Origin: Octopus sinensis
Lineage: Eukaryota
DNA length: 64,000 nt
Reading direction: 5' to 3'
NCBI RefSeq assembly: GCF_006345805.1
Contig: NC_043005.1
Location: 30,566,001-30,630,000, forward strand
Shown here: one piece after another, positions 37,742-50,237 of the stretch
How the letters are laid out: each line of letters begins with the position of its first letter
Position numbering within the stretch: position 1 is the first letter of the stretch
Position numbers and translations under genes: made by a program
Notes under the pieces: generated by a model
What the model saw: only the letters and a program-made list of their open reading frames with translations
Databases searched by the model: none
Told to the model about the DNA's origin: nothing

Positions 37742-38008
37742 AAAGTCTTTGTCCATGTCATTCATATTCTATTATTTAAACGTCAAATGTTAAAATTAAA
37801 CACAAATAAACGAAAAGTTAGAAAGCAACCCGCCACCTCACCCCCAAAAAAGAAAACCGTTCAAGAAAAACCGGTCCCAAGTTACGTAAGCGACCTGCTC
37901 TCAATGAAGTGAATAGTTGCAGGGTTCGAGTGTTGAGCTAAAAAACATTATTTAAGAGACATAAGACGTATCAGTCTGCCTCGTGGTCAAAGTGGAGAAG
38001 ACGTTGCC

Positions 38009-38537
38009 CCGGACGCAACATGTTTTTTTTTTCCACTAGAGTTCCGGACCCCAGTTATGAACTCATTTGCATACAGCCAATCAGAGCTCAACTAGCAAAC
38101 TAATTTATGAGTGCATAACAAGTGATGGGTGATAAGATAAGGTCACTTGGGCAAGGAATGACCATGGTTCTTTTCTCTTTTAAGAATGCTTGTTGTTCTT
38201 GTTCTTGTTTCAACCGTGGCTGTCTCTCGTAGTTATTTGTTGTTTATTTTGAAAAACCGTAAGGGGAGAGGGTTGCAAGCACATCACCCTCTGCCCATAT
38301 TTCCCTATCCACATCTTTACCATAAGGGGCCCCTAACAAAATCCAATAATTGGTATAAAATCAGGCATAACATGGTGGCGATTGGTCGTCTTACAACACC
38401 GTTCTTCGTCTTGAGTTTACTTGGTAGAGTGTGTTTGTTAACTTGACAACAAAGTCAAGGTGATCTTTGATTGGCTGTATGCAAATGAGTTCATTGCCAG
38501 GATCTGGAACTCTCGTGGAAAAACATTTAGCGTCCCG
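38009..38537. mobile_element. MITE-like element with ~80-bp imperfect TIRs
   Basis: TTCCACTAGAGTTCC…ATGAACTCATTTGCATACAGCCAATCA mirrored at about 38461-38537; no TSD identified. Confidence 0.7.
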
Positions 38538-38933
38538 AAAATTTGAGAATAAGATGCACTTGAACAGCCACTCCAACACACGGGGCTCGCACTTGCAGAT
38601 TAGCCATCTCTGCTCTGAAAGCAGTGAGCAGGGATGTGGCCCGGGGTCCAAGAACGCCGGGGTCCTCACCGCCTGGATTAGAAGCTTTCTACAAGATACT
38701 GTCTATTGCAGAACAGCATTTCCTCTGACTACATGACACTGTCAAGTCTAGTATGTCTTAAAGAACACTTAGCTACTTCCTTCTACATTCGAGTTTTCTT
38801 GACAACACAGGCACGTTGGTTGTGTGGTTTAGCACTGCGTAGCAGCACTTTGGACAAGTGTCTTCTACTGTAGCCCTGGGCCAACCAGCGCCCTATGAGT
38901 TAACCTGGCAGACGGAACCTGTGTGTGTGTGTG

Positions 38934-38972
<39 letters not shown>

Positions 38973-39350
38973 GTGTGTGTGTGTGTGCGTACGTGTGTGC
39001 GTACGTGTGTATGTGTGTCTTTGTGATTGTTCGAATATACCATTCAAGCCAAGAGAGACCCAACAACCAGTGACGATCGTTCCGTGCCTCTCACGCGCTC
39101 TTTCAATGCTTCTCACTTGTAAGACATTTTTGAAACGACAAACGGGCACCTAACAAACATTCAACTCTTCCAAAACAGCCACAACACAAAATAAAGGTGG
39201 GCCTATCCACTCTCACCCCGACAATTACACCTTTCTAGTTCTCACACCATAGAAATAGAGATAAAACACTCTCGGGTAAGATCTCATGCTGCTCCTTCGA
39301 CCCCAAACTTTCCATACACATAGGCTGCAATTCGTAACCTAAAAATGCTT

Positions 39351-39691
39351 GGTACCTTTTTGTTATCTCACCCCATAAAAAAAAAAATAGGTAATTTCTC
39401 CCTACTAAAAAAAATGCTTAACCCTCAATAAAACAAAAAAAAAATGAAAAAATGAATAAACGTGAAAAGTGAAAAGATTAATCATCTTATTGAATTTGAT
39501 AACATTTTTATAACAAATCCTACCATTCCTATTGAGGGGGCCAAACGTCAACAATGTGTTGAAGTATTGAATCAAAAGGATCTCTTTTGATCCAATCTCT
39601 TGTCGCCATGTTAACTCAACTTTTTAATGGGGAGAAAACCCAATTTTTTAATGGCAATTTTTTAATGGGGGTGAGATAACCAAAAAGTACC
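39351..39691. mobile_element. MITE with 8-bp TSD, Merlin-like termini
   Basis: TIR GGTAC(C)TTTTTG(G)TTATCTCACCCC. Perfect TSD AAATGCTT at 39343-39350 and 39692-39699. Confidence 0.85.
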
Positions 39692-39766
39692 AAATGCTTC
39701 ACACAGAAACATATATTTATCCTTTACTTATTTTAGAATGTGGGGTGTATGTGTGTGTGTGTGTGA

Positions 39767-39805
<39 letters not shown>

Positions 39806-41372
39806 GGTGTGTGTGTGTGTGTGTGTGTACTTGTTTGTTTTCTTTGGAAATTGTATAATTGTAATTGTGTATGTGTTTCTAAACAGTTGCTTCATTAATT
39901 ACTTTTGTCATTTCTCAAATTTTCCAATAACAACATTCGGACATGTCTTCGAGGGAATGTTTATGCGATCGTTTGGTTAGCTAGAAACAGCAACAAAATC
40001 TCCCTCAAATAAACTGTACAGTCATAGTGCTTAAAATATATGAAAAAGTGTATTAAACCATAGACACACCGTCTGAATAAAATCCAGGATAGTCCTCAAG
40101 TAAAATACATAACTCTACGCGAACATCATCATCAGCAACAAAACAGAGGCAATATCTACAGAGGAGTAGGTTTAAAGAATGCTGGAGGTCAGTTAAAAGC
40201 CTCTGTTTCGTACTTTGCTGAAGACACTGAGCTGGATTTATTTAATTTCACATCCCTCCTGGACGGAACGCCAATCACTCACAGGGTTACTCATTTAAAG
40301 CTGAGCGTTTTGGAGCGACGTGAAATGAAGCGTTTTGCTCAAGAACACAAGGCATTGCCCGGTCTGGGAATCGAAATCACGATCTTGCGATACGTGAATG
40401 GAACACCCTGACCACAAGGCCACGTACCTTCACTTAAATATCCGGCTTTCATTAATCTATGGTGCAATTATTCGTGTGAGGGACGAGGAGAGAGACGAGG
40501 AAAGAGGGGAAGGCAGAGCTCGACCTCGCCACAGGAGAGGAAGGAGAGAGGAGAAGAAAGGGGGAGAGGGGTGACAGAATGCGACCATGGCAGGTTTAAG
40601 CGAAATAAACATGAAAACAAAATCTTAGGGACCTTCGTTGGGGTGTATAAGAGGAGGTGTCAGCAGGTAGATTGGTGCGAAGGATGGGAACAGAAAGCTA
40701 GGGGAGGGTCCATGGACATCTGACGGGTGCCTCTAGAAGCGTAGCTAAGAGATGAAGAGGGTTCCGCGCTCAAGCGATACTTTTATGAGGGAGGCAATTT
40801 TGGGTTTATTGCATAAGTCTGTATATACATATACACATACACCGAAAAAACACAAAACACAGACCTACGCACAGCTGTCTACGTCACAAAATAGCTTTCT
40901 ACGTCACACTAAGATAATGCACTTAATTATTTCAAATGAAAACAAACAATACGATTGGTTAAAATTCGCAGATTTAATCTACGTTTAAAGTTATAAAATA
41001 CATTTTTCTCAAATAAACAAGTTGAAACTAGTGTTTTCTTTTGAGACACTCTACCAGTATACGAAGTTTCAAATTATTTAGTTAACTAGAAAAATCTGAC
41101 AATCAGGCCTTGAAAAGGAAAAGATCCAAGGAGGATAGTTTTCTTTCGAAGACTCCTGAGGTATCCTATATTCGAGTAAGTAATGACGGAACGTCTACTG
41201 CAGGGTGCGAACGCAGCACATTCTACAGAACGGTTGCGTATTTCGTTATCCGAGCAGCCACTTCGTTTCGATAAGGAATTTTAATTACTGAGATATTACT
41301 AACATATCTATTTAGGACAATGGCCTCTGTGTGAGACCCCTCTCTCCCTCTGAATTGTGAATGACTGAACAG

Positions 41373-41431
41373 ATAACAAGGCCGGCAAAATGAAGTGAAG
41401 GGTATTCACTTCATTTTGCCGGCCTTGTTAT
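41373..41431. repeat. Perfect 27-bp-arm hairpin
   Basis: ATAACAAGGCCGGCAAAATGAAGTGAA-GGGTA-TTCACTTCATTTTGCCGGCCTTGTTAT. Confidence 0.95.
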
Positions 41432-41506
41432 TTGTTTTGGTTACGTGTGTGTGTATTTATATATTCATTTCTATGCATACATATATGCATGCATATTTTA
41501 CACACA

Positions 41507-41575
<69 letters not shown>

Positions 41576-41578
<3 letters not shown>

Positions 41579-42435
41579 CTGCGATGGGTAATTTTTACAT
41601 TTTTAATTTCTCGCATACGTCTTTTTTGTTTTTGATTTTGTCTACAACACAGTATGGTAGGGTCTGTTGGGCACCGTCTGTGAGAAAAACAGCACCATGA
41701 CGCAATTCACTCTGCCAGAAATTTAGAAACGATATGCTGTACTACTTTGCATTAACGCCGGAAGCTCCAATACAAACATTTCACAGTGTTTGGGTTTCAA
41801 TCTGAAGACAGTGCAATCTGAGGACCTGTACCGAGAGAGATAAAAATCAAACATCCAGTCAACATCGTGGTGTTTGGAGTGATCACTAGTGATGGAGACG
41901 TTATGCCTCTATTCCTCTTACCACACGGCCTCAGACTCAACGCGAAGGCCTACTTCAAGGGGTAGTGCTGCCCTGGGTCAAGAGGGTGACTGCTGGAAGA
42001 CTCTATGTCTAGCAACACGACTCCGCCCTATGCCACACAAGCAGGAGAACCCAGTCATGGCTGTCAGATAATTTTTGCGACCACATCACTCCTAACATCT
42101 GGCCACCTAACTCCCCAAACTGCAACCCCCTTGATTATTATATGTGTGGCGCAGTTGAGCGAGAGACCAAACAAAACTCCTTGTAACACACCTAAGATAG
42201 ACAGAAGGCAAGGATTACGACAGCATTCACCAACCTAAACAAGGAGACCGTCCAGAAGAGTTGCAGAAGACTCCGAAGTTGTCTGGAGGCCGTGGTTGAA
42301 GCCAATGGTGATTTTATTGAACAAATATTTTCTCTTTAGTATTTCAAGATATTTTTATGTAATTTTGGTAAATAAATCTGTTAAAATGAGATGTCTATGT
42401 TATTTTCATTTTTGCGTAATTTAGACGACAGTTTA

Positions 42436-42440
<5 letters not shown>
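41576..42440 (+). mobile_element. Tc1/mariner maT (DD37D-like) relic
   Basis: KHPVNIVVFGVITSDGDVMP, VVLPWVKRV, CHTSRRTQSWLSDNFCDHITPNIWPPNSPNCNPLDYY; deleted and frameshifted. Confidence 0.82.
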
Positions 42441-42466
<26 letters not shown>

Positions 42467-42501
42467 TATATATATATATAATATATAATATATATATTAT
42501 A

Positions 42502-42547
<46 letters not shown>

Positions 42548-42737
42548 CTTTATTTAAAGCAGCAGAAAATTCAACAAAACCTGTTACTCTGAGTTTCACG
42601 TTCCCGGAACGTGAAACTCAGAGTAACAGGTTTTGTTGAATTTTCTGCTGCTTTCAATAAAAGCATATTACTCTACCACTGGTATTTGAGTACTCTTTTT
42701 TCCACCTTGTTTCACATTTATGTGTTACTCCGGTATA
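42548..42737 (+). repeat. Fold-back copy of the 23225 hammerhead repeat
   Basis: Perfect 49-bp arms 42556-42604 / 42606-42654, embedded in (TA)n. Confidence 0.92.
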
Positions 42738-42750
42738 TGTATATTATAAT

Positions 42751-42782
<32 letters not shown>

Positions 42783-43046
42783 AGAGAGAGAGAATACAAT
42801 AAGAGGCTTTCAAATAGGAAAGCGTTGTGCTAGAGACAGTAGAAATCTCAAGACCACAAAGAAGGATAAATTCACGAAAGGATGAAAATTAAGAACGTTT
42901 ACCATCTCAACTATTTCCCAGACCACGGTTTCTAACTATTTCTAGCAAAAAAATATTCGCTGTAGGCCAGTTTCGCTAGGCCACTAGTAATAATATTTTA
43001 TTATTACCCTATTTTTATTATTATATATATATATATATATATATAT

Positions 43047-43110
<64 letters not shown>

Positions 43111-43163
43111 ATATATATGGAAGAGGATTTGAAAATGCAGAGGTCTTTTAAAGACGGTTATTG

Positions 43164-43205
43164 ACTTGACCGGTTTCACTTCTTTTAAAAAGGATTTTCA
43201 AAAGT
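43164..43205 (-). ncRNA. Type I hammerhead fold with a U3-A8 core
   Basis: ACUU-UUGAAAA-UC CUUUU UAAA AGAAG U-GAAAC CG GUC^AAGU. Confidence 0.55.
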
Positions 43206-43775
43206 AAAATGCAAGGCTTTGTATAGCCTTTGTGGTGTTAAAAATTAGTTAACAGATGTATTAAAATACAGTGATAGAGTCTTTGACAATGATAAGAAAA
43301 TATTAAGAGCCACTTTATGTTTAAACAGTTTATATAGAAATGTTCAAAATAGGCAGTAAAATAAGTTCATAATTGTTTGTAAGGATTTTAGGGGAACGAC
43401 CAACCTTTTTTCTTGAGCTCCAGTCTTGTGTTTTGCAAGGATGGTTGCTATTTTTAAATAGTATGGGAGGTTGATTGGTTGGAAGGGATCAATCACATGA
43501 TCTGATTTCGAACAGTTCATGGAATCAAAAAGATTTCTTTGTTTCTGGACTAGTCTGTCATGGTTCGGTGGTTTTTCGACTGGTCTAAGATTTCAAGATG
43601 GTGTATGTATGTGTGTGTGTGTGCATGTGTTTGTGTGTATATATGCTTGTGTATGTGTGTGTATATATGTTTGCTCGTGTGTGTGAATGTGTGCGTCTGT
43701 GTGTGTGCGCGTGTGTATGCTTGTGTGTTATGTTGTGCAGGTAAGCAAGCTTCTTACCACACAACCACTCCTGCG

Positions 43776-43807
<32 letters not shown>

Positions 43808-43817
<10 letters not shown>

Positions 43818-44492
43818 GGCTTAGTAAAATAAATTACTTTGCCGCATACTGAACTCATTAGAAATAGCAGCTAAAAAAACTTTTTTAAAACTATTTCCAA
43901 TACTTAAAGAAAACCTCTCTCATATAGTGTTTGCTCAATTCAACTCACGCAAATATGGGGTGTAGAGACATTAAAAATCAAGTGCAAAGGTTATTTGAGA
44001 CGTACGTTTCAAGATTAGTCAAAATTCGACATTTCTATCATCAGCTCAGAACTCCCTGGTTTGGATTTGAAAACACTGAAAGTAGGAGCATACCCTTTCG
44101 GCTTCCTCTCGCTTCTGAAGATCTGCTCGTAACTAACAGTGCCAACAAACTCAAAAATGCAAGCGAAGAATTCTCTGCTCTCCCCTTTCGAGAGGAAGCC
44201 GAAAGGGTATGCTCCTACTTTCAGTGTTTTCAAATCCAAACCAGGGAGTTCTGAGCTGATGATAGAAATGTCGAATTTTGACTAATCTTGAAACGTACGT
44301 TCTCAAATAACTTTGCACTTGATTTTTTAATGTCTCTACCCCCATATTTGCGTGAGTTGAATTGAGCAAACACTATATGAGAGAGGTTTTCTTTAAGTAT
44401 TGGAAATAGTTTTAAAAAAGTTTTTTTAGCTGCTATTTCTAATGAGTTCAGTATGCGGCAAAGTAATTTATTTTACTAAGCCCTTTTATATA
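43808..44492. mobile_element. ~304-bp inverted repeat (Penelope pLTR-like)
   Basis: Arms 43808-44111 and 44189-44492 are nearly identical, with a 77-bp spacer; starts in (TA)n. Confidence 0.92.
44252..44305 (+). ncRNA. Type I hammerhead fold; mirror copy at 43996-44048 (minus)
   Basis: UGAG-CUGAUGA-[AGA..GUCGA/UUGAC..UCU]-GAAAC GUAC GUU^CUCA. Confidence 0.75.
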
Positions 44493-45686
44493 ATGTAATA
44501 ATTTGAATTCGCCTTAAATGGTCCCTTTGCATACTGAATACTTGGTGAAATTGATTAATTAATTATTTACCCTCAATTGTTGAAATTATAATTCATCTCT
44601 CTCTATATAATGCCGCGGATTTTACCGAAAAAAGCATAGTGTTTACTGATTTTAACCCACGCTGGTATACATATAAGAATCCAATACCTTCTGAGTAAAA
44701 TCCAATAGTTTTTAAAATTGGTCATTCCAAGTATAGAGTTAATACACTGTTTTTAAATCAAGGGTTTTATTTAAAGTGACCTAAAAATAGGGAGTGTATT
44801 AGTAGGTGATATTGCTGCTACTATAACTGCTGCTGCTGCTGCTGCTGATGATGATGATGAATATTAGTGGTTGAAAATAAACATATAAAATAAACATAGG
44901 CAAAAGAATGAAAAATCTAATAATAATTTAACATTACTTGAAAAGGTAGTGGGTAGCGAACTTCTTCAGTACTTCAGGGAGTGACGACCCTGCCTGACAC
45001 GAGTTCCGGGCTCAGCTGGCTCCGGCTGACAGTACCCGGTATGGGCCCCTATCCAGGGTTACGGAAAGGAGACAACCTTCAAAGAAATCCGGAGTGGAGC
45101 TCCGAAGGCGGTCTAGTGTTCGACTCGACACTCTTCCGGCAGCTCCTGCAACCAACCTGACGATTAGAAGTAGACTACTTTATGCGCAACTCAATTGTCT
45201 CCCGAGACAAAAAGGATGCCAACAACAATTAGTAGGGTCAAATCGAAAACAGGAAGAGAGAAATAAAGAAAGAGAAAAAGAAGAGAAAAAAAAGAGAAAA
45301 GGAGAAGAAAGTAAAAAGAAAAATAATAAAATAATAAAATAATAAAAAATAAAAAACCGGAAGAGAAGAATAAAGAAAAGAAAGAAAAAGAAAAATGAAA
45401 AACAATATAGATAAGGGAAGGTGTACCAGTTAGTGGCCAGTGGAGATAATTTGAAGGTAGGAGTGGGGAGATGAAGAGTGGTAAGGAGCCAAAGGTATTA
45501 TAGTGTAAAAAGATAGAAGGAATGGGGTGATAAAAGGTAAAGGAGTGACAAATGTGTAGAGATAGAGTCTAAGTGATGGGGCAGAGAGAGGGTTAGTGGT
45601 AATGAATGAAGAATTTAGGAATCTAGATGGTTTGGCAGGTCAATGGTTAGTAATATAAGAAAATATATATATGAAGATATATACAT

Positions 45687-45861
45687 GAGTGGCTGTGTGG
45701 TAAGTAGCTTGCTTACCAACCACATGGTTCCGGGTTCGGTCCCACTGTGTGGCACCTTGGACAAGCGTCTTCTACTATAGCCTCGGGCCGACCAAAGCCT
45801 TGTGAGTGGATTTGGTAGATGGAAACTGAAAGAAGCCCGTCGTATATATGTATGTGTGTGT

Positions 45862-45908
<47 letters not shown>

Positions 45909-46066
45909 TCCCACCAACATCGCTTGACAACCGATGCTGGAGTGTTTACGTCCCCGTAACTTAGCGGTTCGGCAAAAGAGACCGATAGAATAAGTACTAG
46001 GCTTACAAAGAATAAGTCCTGGAGTCGATTTGCTCGACTAAAGGCGATACTCCAGCATGGCCACAG
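45687..46066 (+). mobile_element. SINE family A, CpG-intact
   Basis: A box TGGCTGTGTGG, B box GGTTCGGTCCC. Other partial copies near 29490, 38810, 46268, 59391, 62450 and 62761. Confidence 0.9.
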
Positions 46067-46217
46067 AAGGTTATTAGGATTACCTAAGGGGTATTGTGGA
46101 AAGGAAATGTACTGTATGGTCGCTTAGGCATTTGGATTTGTGGCAGCATTTGAATGTGTGAAAAAAGCGGTGGTTGCATGTGCTTAATATATATATTGTA
46201 TATATATATATATATAT

Positions 46218-46252
<35 letters not shown>

Positions 46253-46559
46253 ATATATATATATATACTTGTTTCAGTCATTGAACTACGGCCATGCAGG
46301 AGCATCATGTTGAAGGGTTTAGTTGATCAAATCGATCGCTGTACTTATATTTCTAAGTCTGGTGCTTATCCTGTCGTTTTCTTTTTGCTGAACCGCTAAG
46401 CAGCGGGGACGTAAATAAACCAACATCAGTTGTCATACAATGGTGGGTTTCAAGCACAAATACAAAGACACACACACAAACATAAAATATGTAAAGAGTA
46501 TAAAAATATAGTCTCCTAGCATCTCTCTAGGACAGTGGATTTCACAAAAGTATGCTTTA

Positions 46560-48800
46560 CCATCGCTGATAATGGCATAAAAATGATAATACACGCCAGA
46601 AAAGTGAGTCCCTGATTTTAAGACAACAAATGGATGAAAAAAAAAAACCTATATTGCACAGGAGCGCCGAAGATTTTGCGTAAATTCCGTGCCTAATCGG
46701 AACACATACTTTAAACATATTTCATGATACATCCCATTTCATTAATGGGGGAAATTATAAATATGATGGCTTATTCATCTCCAAAAATATAAACGACAGC
46801 AGATAGGTTCACTCCAAGACTTAAGCCTAAAATTCAGTTAGTAGTAACCTCAGTATAGTCACTTTTAGACGAACCATTGAATCTTATTGACGAAAAGTTT
46901 CAATCATATATTAAATATAATGATTTACTATTATATATAAACAATAATTCAAACCACCCACCATGTGTTATTAGAAATTTATTCAACAATTTAAGCAAAC
47001 TAATTTCAACAACCTCTTATGACGAAGAGTCATCCAACAGAGTAAGGATTATATACAATATATACATTTGCATCAAGTAGTTTCAAGAGAACCTTAAAAT
47101 ATAATAGTTCCAGGCAAGCTAATAGGAAAGGCTGTAACTGAAAGACGTGGTATCATCCACCGTTTTTAATAAATGTAACTACAAAGATTATCGTTGTGTC
47201 GGCATTAACTCGTGTCCAAGTTTTAAATCTACAGCAAGTGAATGTGTCTCATCTTGGTGGGTGCAGAGGATGCTTGTAATTGAAGTGGCTGTTCAGGCCA
47301 AGTGCGGTATAGAAGAACCGGGGGCATTTATTGCAGGGTAGGGTCAGCGAGTCACTCTTTGCGTCTTCGATATCTGAGCTCTGCCTGTTGACGTCTGTTA
47401 TTTTCCGTAAAGTCTGTTCCCTCCACGATGACATGCCACTACTTTGAGAGGTCTTTGGCAATTGTCTACCAAGTATTTGGGTCAATAGAGCAGCGGAGGA
47501 GAGTGGCTTTGAGCTAGTCTTAGAAACGGAATTTGGGGGTTCTACATAGTCTGGTGTCTGAGGCCAACTCGGTAAAGAGGAGAGTGCGGGGGAAGCGCGT
47601 TTGAAGCATACGTATGATGTGTCATGACCAGCGGAAGCAGTTGTCGTGCCATGGTAGCTTCAATGCTGGACAATCCGGCCTGGGGCAGAACCTCTTCATT
47701 GGTAATATAAGATTGCCATCGAATCCCCATGATTGCGTGAAGTTTGTGCTGTTGGAAACGTTCGATTTTCTTCAAGTCCCGGCGGTACAACACCCACGTC
47801 TCAGCCGTAGAGGAGTGTGGAAAGGATGACAGTTCAGAATACCACGATTTTTGTTTGGATAGTGAGTCTGTGGTTTAGGAAGACTCATTTTGAGAGTTTT
47901 CCGAAAGCAGTACGAGCTGTGCGGATCCTATTCACGATGTCTTTCTGAATGATGCAATCGCTGAACAGGCAGCTTCCGAGGTATAGGATGACCTTCACGG
48001 TTCCAAGACAGTACCACATAGCCTTATGTCATTGGTGTCATTGGGAGGTTGGCCAGGTGGTTTCTCGGCAAGGATCTTCGACTTCTTTACATTAGTGATC
48101 AGACCAAAGAGGTTCACAGCCTCCTGAAGATCGGAAACTGAGCGCACGTGAGTGGCATTGTCATCAGTATACTGCAGCTCACGCACTTTGGCCAAGGTGA
48201 TAAGTTGATGAGCTCTGGAGCGGGAAATGTTGAAAAGTCTTCCATCCATTCTATAACGGATGTCTACACCAGGAGCCAGATCTGGGACCTAATGAATCAC
48301 AGCACCAAGGTAGAGGAAAAACAGAATGAGAGCGAGGGTACATCCTTGCTTCAGGCTAGTCGTAATTGAGAAGGAACTGGGAGAGAGCGTTCTTGGCGAT
48401 ACACAAAACTTTTCTTCGTATTTTTAAGATGCTAAATTCACCCCCGAGAATAAATACACGAAAATATTAAAGTAAGCTTCTCGACGTTAACAATCTTTGC
48501 TAAAACTGAAGCACCCACAAATAATAAGGAAACAATGGAGAATTTAAAACACTAGAATGCAACTAACAGAGAATGAAAATGCAATTTTTATTCTCAAAGT
48601 GCATGTCCAGTCAACAGAAACCGTTTAGTTATACGTGCAGCCAAAGTTGCATCTAAAATTAACCAAAACAGCATTAGTTTTAGTTAACCAATTACTAACC
48701 AAAACGTATTGGCTATATAGGTAGCACTGTGAACTAATTCAAGCGCTGATTTCATCAACATAATTATACATTGAAACATTACAATGAAAGTTAGTCACTA
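46560..48800 (+). mobile_element. Decayed Penelope-like element (RT end and GIY-YIG) interrupted by an RTE
   Basis: LLYINNNSNHPPCVIRNL (46877-47080); ACPVN and IGYIGST remnants near 48600-48730. Boundaries approximate. Confidence 0.55.
47249..48400 (-). mobile_element. RTE (BovB-like) LINE, RT to C-terminal zinc finger
   Basis: DGRLFNISR…RELQYTDD, ERFQQHKLHAIMGIRWQSYITNEEVL, CNKCPRFFYTALGLNSHFNYKH. Confidence 0.88.
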
Positions 48801-49456
48801 ATCTCGCAACACGCGTACGGTATTGTTTAAAATGATTCTTAGTAAGATAGGAAAATTATTAATCCTGAACATCAAAACAAAATATCAATAGGTGTACGGA
48901 TGTAATTTCTACATGTCTTCATACGGACAGGTACCGACATAAAGCCCTGTGGGTATATTCATAGAAATGACATTGAAATTTCAAAAGAAAATATAATAAT
49001 TCCTTTTCATTTTCTTCATTTTATTTTCAACAAATATTTTGAGCGTAATTAGAAACACAGTTAAATGACCTCATTTCCTTAGTATTTTAATAAGTACCTA
49101 CGTAGAAATTTTAATGGTATCCGATGAGGGGGAGAAAGGAAATCCCAATTGAACAGACATTTCCTTTTCGTTTCATTTCTCTTTAAATGCTTCATTAGTA
49201 ATAAAGTTAGAGTGACCTCCCTTCCTGAATAAACCCATTTAGCAACCATTAGCTCGCCGACCCTGTAGGCTTATAAATAGGCAGAAGTACACATCTGAAT
49301 AGACATACTCACACACACACTAACTTACGCATGCGTGTGTGCGCGCGCGCGCGCGCGTGTGTGTGTGTTTATTTATATGTTTATTTTCGTTATCTACATT
49401 CCAAAGAGTTTTGCATCTTTGTTAGAAACCAGTTCTTTCTTCATAGTAAGAATTTA

Positions 49457-50237
49457 GGATCTTTTCCTTTTGAACGGTAGATGTCAACAGAATTTCTAGT
49501 TAACTAAACACTTTTAAACTTCGTATACTGGTAGAATGTGTTTATAAAACATCATTTTTTCTTGGCTTTATTGAGAAAATTCTATAGTTTGTAAGATATT
49601 TCGTCTGAAAATCCGAGCATTTCGGCAATTTTAACCAATCGATTACCTCCATTCAACTAAAATCATTTGCTGCGTCTAAAACTGAGACAACATCCTGTAA
49701 CTAAGCCTAACCCTCCCCCCAACCCTAACCCTAATTTTTTTTTCTTAATTGTTAAATTAATTTAATTGTTACGTGTGTAAAAAAAACCGAAAGCAATGGA
49801 AAATGATTTAAACAATTAACAAACAAAATAATTCTATAATTTTATACACACGCTTTCCGTACGTATACGGAAAGCGTGTGTTACGGAGAGCGTGTGTATA
49901 AAATTATAGAATTATTTTGTTTGTTAATTGTTTAAATCATTTTCCATTGCTTTCGGGTTTTTTTACACGCGTAACAATTAAATTAATTTAACATTTAAGA
50001 AAAAAAATTAGGTTGAGGGGTAGTGTCTCAGTTTTAGACGCAGCAAATGATTTTAGCTCAAAAGAGAGCATAGGATTGGTTAAAATTCGAAAAATTAAAC
50101 TACGTTAAACAAACAAATTACAATTTTCTCAAGAAAGCCAAGAGAAAAAATGTTTTGTTTTGACACATTCTACCAGTATACGAAGTTTTAAAGTTTAGTT
50201 AACTAGAAATTGTCTGCCGTTCAAAAGGAAAAGATCC
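49457..50237. mobile_element. 781-bp wholly palindromic foldback transposon with 8-bp TSD
   Basis: TIR GGATCTTTTCCTTTTGAACGG. TSD AGAATTTA at 49449-49456 and 50238-50245. Solo ends of relatives at about 40880-41128 and 60028-60190. Confidence 0.9.

Noticed and set aside
49700-49735. Interstitial telomere
   Set aside because: Only a few imperfect units, internal to a transposon.
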